A stretch of DNA of 64,000 bases. Origin: Auanema rhodensis. Its lineage: Eukaryota; Animalia; Nematoda. Made by a program: the position numbers and the translations under genes. Positions 58,101 through 64,000 of the stretch are shown here, in pieces; within the stretch, counting starts at the first letter, position 1, and every line of letters starts with the position of its first letter. The stretch is from positions 21,638,001 through 21,702,000 of the forward strand of contig OZ059894.1 of the NCBI GenBank assembly GCA_964057225.1, read 5' to 3'. Below the pieces are notes generated by a model that ran no database searches, was not told where the DNA came from, and saw nothing but the letters and a program-made list of their open reading frames with translations.

Positions 58101-61100
58101 CCGCATCGAATGCACTATACTACATTGAGAAACGCTTAATACAAAAATTAGTTATGATCGTTTGAAAAATGATGCATTAGTGTATGTTGAGTTTCCATGT
58201 ACACTCAACATTGCTTCCAAAAACATTTTGACAAAAATTTTTTCGAAAAATTTCAAAATAATTTAGCAAAAAGTAGATGTTTTTAGATTTCTTTTTTCAA
58301 GGCAAAGACGATGGACAATGTTATTCAACGAAAAAATTAATTCTTCAGGGTGAAAATCGAGGATATAAGTGTGAACTTATATCAGTTGATATCTCGGTGC
58401 ATTTTTAAGCTAGCGCAAATCTGATAACACAGATCGACGCAGCTTAAAAATCCGCATCGAATGCACTATACTACATTGAGAAACGCTTAATACACAAATT
58501 AGTTATGATCGTTTGAAAAATGATGCATTAGTGTATGTTGAGTTTCCATGTACACTCAACATTGCTTCCAAAAACATTTTGACAAAAATTTTTTCGAAAA
58601 ATTTCAAAATAATTTAGCAAAAAGTAGATGTTTTTAGATTCCTTTTTTTAAGGCAAAGACGATGGACAATGTTATTCAACGAAAAAATTAATTCTTCAGG
58701 GTGAAAATCGAGGATATAAGTGTAAACTTATATCAGTTGATATCTCGGTGCATTTTTAAGCTAGCGCAAATCTGATAACACAGATCGACGCAGCTTAAAA
58801 ATCCGCATCGAATACACTATACTACATTGAGAAACGCTTAATACAAAAATTAGTTATGATCGTTTGAAAAATGATGCATTAGTGTATGTTGAGTTTCCAT
58901 GTACACTCAACATTGCTTCCAAAAACATTTTGACAAAAATTTTTTCGAAAAATTTCAGAATAATTCAGCAAAAAGTAGATGTTTTTAGATTCCTTTTTCC
59001 AAGGCAAAGACGATGGACAATGTTATTCAACGAAAAAATTAATTCTTCAGGGTGAAAATCGAGGATATATGTGTGAACTTATATCAGTTGATATCTCGGT
59101 GCATTTTTAAGCTAGCGCAAATCTGATAACACAGATCGACGCAGCTTAAAAATCCGCATCGAATGCACTATACTACATTGAGAAACGTTTGATACAAAAA
59201 TTAGTTATGATCGTTTGAAAAATGATGCATTAGTGTATGTTGAGTTTCCATGTACACTCAACATTGCTTCCAAAAACATTTTGACAAAAATTTTTTCGAA
59301 AAATTTCAAAATAATTTAGCAAAAAGTAGATGTTTTTAGATTCCTTTTTTTAAGGCAAAGACGATGGACAATGTTATTCAACGAAAAAATTAATTCTTCA
59401 GGGTGAAAATCGAGGATATAAGTGTGAACTTATATCAGTTGATATCTCGGTGCATTTTTAAGCTAGCGCAAATCTGATAACACAGATCGACGCAGCTTAA
59501 AAATCCGCATCGAATGCACTATACTACATTGAGAAACGCTTAATACACAAATTAGTTATGATCGTTTGAAAAATGATGCATTAGTGTATGTTGAGTTTCC
59601 ATGTACACTCAACATTGCTTCCAAAAACATTTTGACAAAAATTTTTTCGAAAAATTTCAAAATAATTTAGCAAAAAGTAGATGTTTTTAGATTTCTTTTT
59701 TCAAGGCAAAGACGATGGACAATGTTATTCAACGAAAAAATTAATTCTTCAGGGTGTAAATCGAGGATATAAGTGTGAACTTATATCAGTTGATATCTCG
59801 GTGCATTTTTAAGCTAGCGCAAATCTGATAACACAGATCGACGCAGCTCAAAAATCCGCATCGAATGCACTATACTACATCAAGAAACGCTTAATACACA
59901 AATTAGTTATGATCGTTTGAAAAATGATGCATTAGTGTATGTTGAGTTTCCATGTACACTCAACATTGCTTCCAAAAACATTTTGACAAAAATTTTTTCG
60001 AAAAATTTCAGAATAATTTAGCAAGAAGTAGATGTTTTTAGATTCCTTTTTTTAAGGCAAAGACGATGGACAATGTTATTCAACGAAAAAATTAATTCTT
60101 CAGGGTGAAAATCGAGGATATAAGTGTGAACTTATATCAGTTGATATCTCGGTGCATTTTTAAGCTAGCGCAAATCTGATAACACAGATCGACGCAGCTT
60201 AAAAATCCGCATCGAATGCACTATACTACATCAAGAAACGCTTGATACAAAAATTAGTTATGATCGTTTGAAAAATGATGCATTAGTGTATGTTGAGTTT
60301 CCATGTACACTCAACATTGCTTCCAAAAACATTTTGACAAAAATTTTTTCGAAAAATTTCAAAATAATTTAGCAAAAAGTAGATGTTTTTAGATTCCTTT
60401 TTTCAAGGCAAAGAAGATGGACAATGTTATTCAACGAAAAAATTAATTCTTCAGGGTGAAAATCGAGGATATAAGTGTGAACTTACATCAGTTGATATCT
60501 CGGTGCATTTTTAAGCTAGCGCAAATCTGATAACACAGATCGACGCAGCTTAAGAATCCGCATCGAATGCACTATACTACATTGAGAAACGCTTAATACA
60601 AAAATTAGTTTTGATCGTTTGAAAAATGATGCATTAGTGTATGTTGAGTTTCCATGTACACTCAACATTGCTTCCAAAAACATTTTGACAAAAATTTTTT
60701 CGAAAAATTTCAAAATAATTTAGCAAAAAGTAGATGTTTTTAGATTCCTGTTTTTAAGGCAAAGACGATGGACAATGTTATTCAACGAAAAAATTAATTC
60801 TTCAGGGTGAAAATCGAGGATATAAGTGTGAACTTATATCAGTTGATATCTCGGTGCATTTTTAAGCTAGCGCAAATCTGATAACACAGATCGACGCAGC
60901 TTAAGAATCCGCATCGAATGCACTATACTACATTGAGAAACGCTTAATACAAAAATTAGTTTTGATCGTTTGAAAAATGATGCATTAGTGTATGTTGAGT
61001 TTCCATGTACACTCAACATTGCTTCCAAAAACATTTTGACAAAAATTTTTTCGAAAAATTTCAAAATAATTTAGCAAAAAGTAGATGTTTTTAGATTCCT

Positions 61101-62200
61101 GTTTTTAAGGCAAAGACGATGGACAATGTTATTCAACGAAAAAATTAATTCTTCAGGGTGAAAATCGAGGATATAAGTGTGAACTTATATCAGTTGATAT
61201 CTCGGTGCATTTTTAAGCTAGCGCAAATTTGATAACACAGATCGACGCAGCTTAAAAATCCGCATCGAATGCACTATACTACATTGAGAAACGCTTGATA
61301 AAAAAATTAGTTATGTTCGTTTGAAAAATGATGCATTAGTGTATGTTGAGTTTCCATGTACACTCAACATTGCTTCCAAAAACATTTTGACAAAAATTTT
61401 TTCGAAAAATTTCAAAATAATTTAGCAAAAAGTAGATGTTTTTAGATTCCTTTTTTTAAGGCAAAGACGATGGACAATGTTATTCAACGAAAAAATTAAT
61501 TCTTCAGGGTGAAAATCGAGGATATAAGTGTGAACTTATATCAGTTGATATCTCGGTGCATTTTTAAGCTAGCGCAAATCTGATAACACAGATCGACGCA
61601 GCTTAAAAATCCGCATCGAATGCACTATACTACATTGAGAAACGCTTAATACAAAAATTAGTTATGATCGTTTGAAAAATGATGCATTAGTGTATGTTGA
61701 GTTTCCATGTACACTCAACATTGCTTCCAAAAACATTTTGACAAAAATTTTTTCGAAAAATTTCAGAATAATTCAGCAAAAAGTAGATGTTTTTAGATTC
61801 CTTTTTCCAAGGCAAAGACGATGGACAATGTTATTCAACGAAAAAATTAATTCTTCAGGGTGAAAATCGAGGATATATGTGTGAACTTATATCAGTTGAT
61901 ATCTCGGTGCATTTTTAAGTTAGCGCAAATCTGATAACACAGATCGACGCAGCTTAAAAATCCGCATCGAATGCACTATACTACATTGAGAAACGTTTGA
62001 TACAAAAATTAGTTATGATCGTTTGAAAAATGATGCATTAGTGTATGTTGAGTTTCCATGTACACTCAACATTGCTTCCAAAAACATTTTGACAAAAATT
62101 TTTTCGAAAAATTTCAAAATAATTTAGCAAAAAGTAGATGTTTTTAGATTCCTTTTTTTAAGGCAAAGACGATGGACAATGTTATTCAACGAAAAAATAA
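55200..62200 (-). repeat. Imperfect 5- and 8-monomer periodic haplotype blocks
   Basis: The TTTCAGAATAATTCAG/TTTTTCCAAGG haplotype marks ORFs 55354, 57109 and 58864 (1755 apart) and 61672 (+2808). TTAGCTAAAAG occurs at 55811/57566 and GATATATGTG at 59070/61878. Confidence 0.7.
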
Positions 62201-64000
62201 ATTCTTCAGGGTGAAAATCGAGGATATAAGTGTGAACTTATATCAGTTGATATCTCGGTGCATTTTTAAGCTAGCGCAAATCTGATAACACAGATCGACG
62301 CAGCTTAAAAATCCGCATCGAATGCACTATACTACATTGAGAAACGCTTAATACACAAATTAGTTATGATCGTTTGAAAAATGATGCATTAGTGTATCTT
62401 GAGTTTCCATGTACACTCAACATTGCTTCCAAAAACATTTTGACAAAAATTTTTTCGAAAAATTTCAAAATAATTTAGCAAAAAGTAGATGTTTTTAGAT
62501 TCCTTTTTTCAAGGCAAAGAAGATGGACAATGTTATTCAACGAAAAAATTAATTCTTCAGGGTGAAAATCGAGGATATAAGTGTGAACTTACATCAGTTG
62601 ATATCTCGGTGCATTTTTAAGCTAGCGCAAATCTGATAACACAGATCGACGCAGCTTAAAAATCCGCATCGAATGCACTATACTACATTGAGAAACGCTT
62701 AATACAAAAATTAGTTTTGATCGTTTGAAAAATGATGCATTAGTGTATGTTGAGTTTCCATGTACACTCAACATTGCTTCCAAAAACATTTTGACAAAAA
62801 TTTTTTCGAAAAATTTCAAAATAATTTAGCAAAAAGTAGATGTTTTTAGATTCCCGTTTTTAAGGCAAAGACGATGGACAATGTTATTCAACGAAAAAAT
62901 TAATTCTTCAGGGTGAAAATCGAGGATATAAGTGTGAACTTATATCAGTTGATATCTCGGTGCATTTTTAAGCTAGCGCAAATCTGATAACACAGATCGA
63001 CGCAGCTTAAAAATCCGCATCGAATGCACTATACTACATCAAGAAACGCTTGATACAAAAATTAGTTATGATCGTTTGAAAAATGATGCATTAGTGTATG
63101 TTGAGTTTCCATGTACACTCAACATTGCTTCCAAAAACATTTTGACAAAAATTTTTTCGAAAAATTTCAAAATAATTTAGCAAAAAGTAGATGTTTTTAG
63201 ATTCCTTTTTTCAAGGCAAAGAAGATGGACAATGTTATTCAACGAAAAAATTAATTCTTCAGGGTGAAAATCGAGGATATAAGTGTGAACTTATATCAGT
63301 TGATATCTCGGTGCATTTTTAAGCTAGCGCAAATCTGATAACACAGATCGACGCAGCTTAAAAATCCGCATCGAATGCACTATACTACATCAAGAAACGC
63401 TTGATACAAAAATTAGTTATGATCGTTTGAAAAATGATGCATTAGTGTATGTTGAGTTTCCATGTACACTCAACATTGCTTCCAAAAACATTTTGACAAA
63501 AATTTTTTCGAAAAATTTCAAAATAATTTAGCAAAAAGTAGATGTTTTTAGATTCCTTTTTTTAAGGCAAAGACGATGGACAATGTTATTCAACGAAAAA
63601 ATTAATTCTTCAGGGTGAAAATCGAGGATATAAGTGTGAACTTATATCAGTTGATATCTCGGTGCATTTTTAAGCTAGCGCAAATCTGATAACACAGATC
63701 GACGCAGCTTAAGAATCCGCATCGAATGCACTATACTACATTGAGAAACGCTTAATACAAAAATTAGTTTTGATCGTTTGAAAAATGATGCATTAGTGTA
63801 TGTTGAGTTTCCATGTACACTCAACATTGCTTCCAAAAACATTTTGACAAAAATTTTTTCGAAAAATTTCAAAATAATTTAGCAAAAAGTAGATGTTTTT
63901 AGATTCCCGTTTTTAAGGCAAAGACGATGGACAATGTTATTCAACGAAAAAATTAATTCTTCAGGGTGAAAATCGAGGATATAAGTGTGAACTTATATCA

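Larger units (their letters stand above)
45233..64000 (-). repeat. 351-bp satellite DNA tandem array, reverse-complement arm (~53 monomers; continues beyond window end)
   Basis: Sequence from 45233 is the reverse complement of the same monomer. The 63-aa repeat ORF switches from the - to the + strand. 51390 to 63675 = 35x351. Confidence 0.99.

Noticed and set aside
9712-61863. Repeated 63-aa ORF (MKNDALVYVEF...)
   Set aside because: It appears only when an A>G SNP at monomer position 324 turns TAG into CAG, and most monomers have the stop. It has a TTG start, no recognisable domain, and K/F/I/N-rich composition that reflects A/T tracts.
46477-63872. Repeated 65-aa ORF (MKFFEKIFVK...)
   Set aside because: It arises from SNPs removing a TAA stop (TAGTTATG>TAGTTTTG on + strand). 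It overlaps the other ORF antisense and there is no evidence of coding.
1-64000. CRISPR array or integron cassette array
   Set aside because: No unique spacers or cassettes; the entire unit is repeated, and there are no cas or integrase genes.

Overview
The whole window is one AT-rich satellite DNA array (31% GC by hand count of monomer 1). It holds about 182 tandem copies of a 351-bp monomer, near-identical apart from a few SNPs each, with no unique sequence, genes, RNA genes, transposons or CRISPR. About 129 monomers run in one orientation (1-45240) and about 53 in the reverse-complement orientation (45233-64000). The strand switch falls exactly on an 8-bp inverted repeat built into every monomer (AAAAACAT/ATGTTTTT, 50 bp apart). 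This produces a giant imperfect palindrome with arms of at least 18.7 kb and a 50-bp spacer. The arms are not SNP mirror images, which argues against a fold-back read or assembly artefact. The monomer is tiled by short dyads. SNP haplotypes show several local higher-order or block-duplication structures with offsets of 5, 10, 6/7, 9 and 8 monomers. Only two 1-bp indels occur in 64 kb. All listed ORFs are by-products of stop-codon polymorphisms in the repeat. I cannot identify the satellite family or species. The architecture fits eukaryotic (peri)centromeric heterochromatin, which is an inference. All positions and counts were read by eye.
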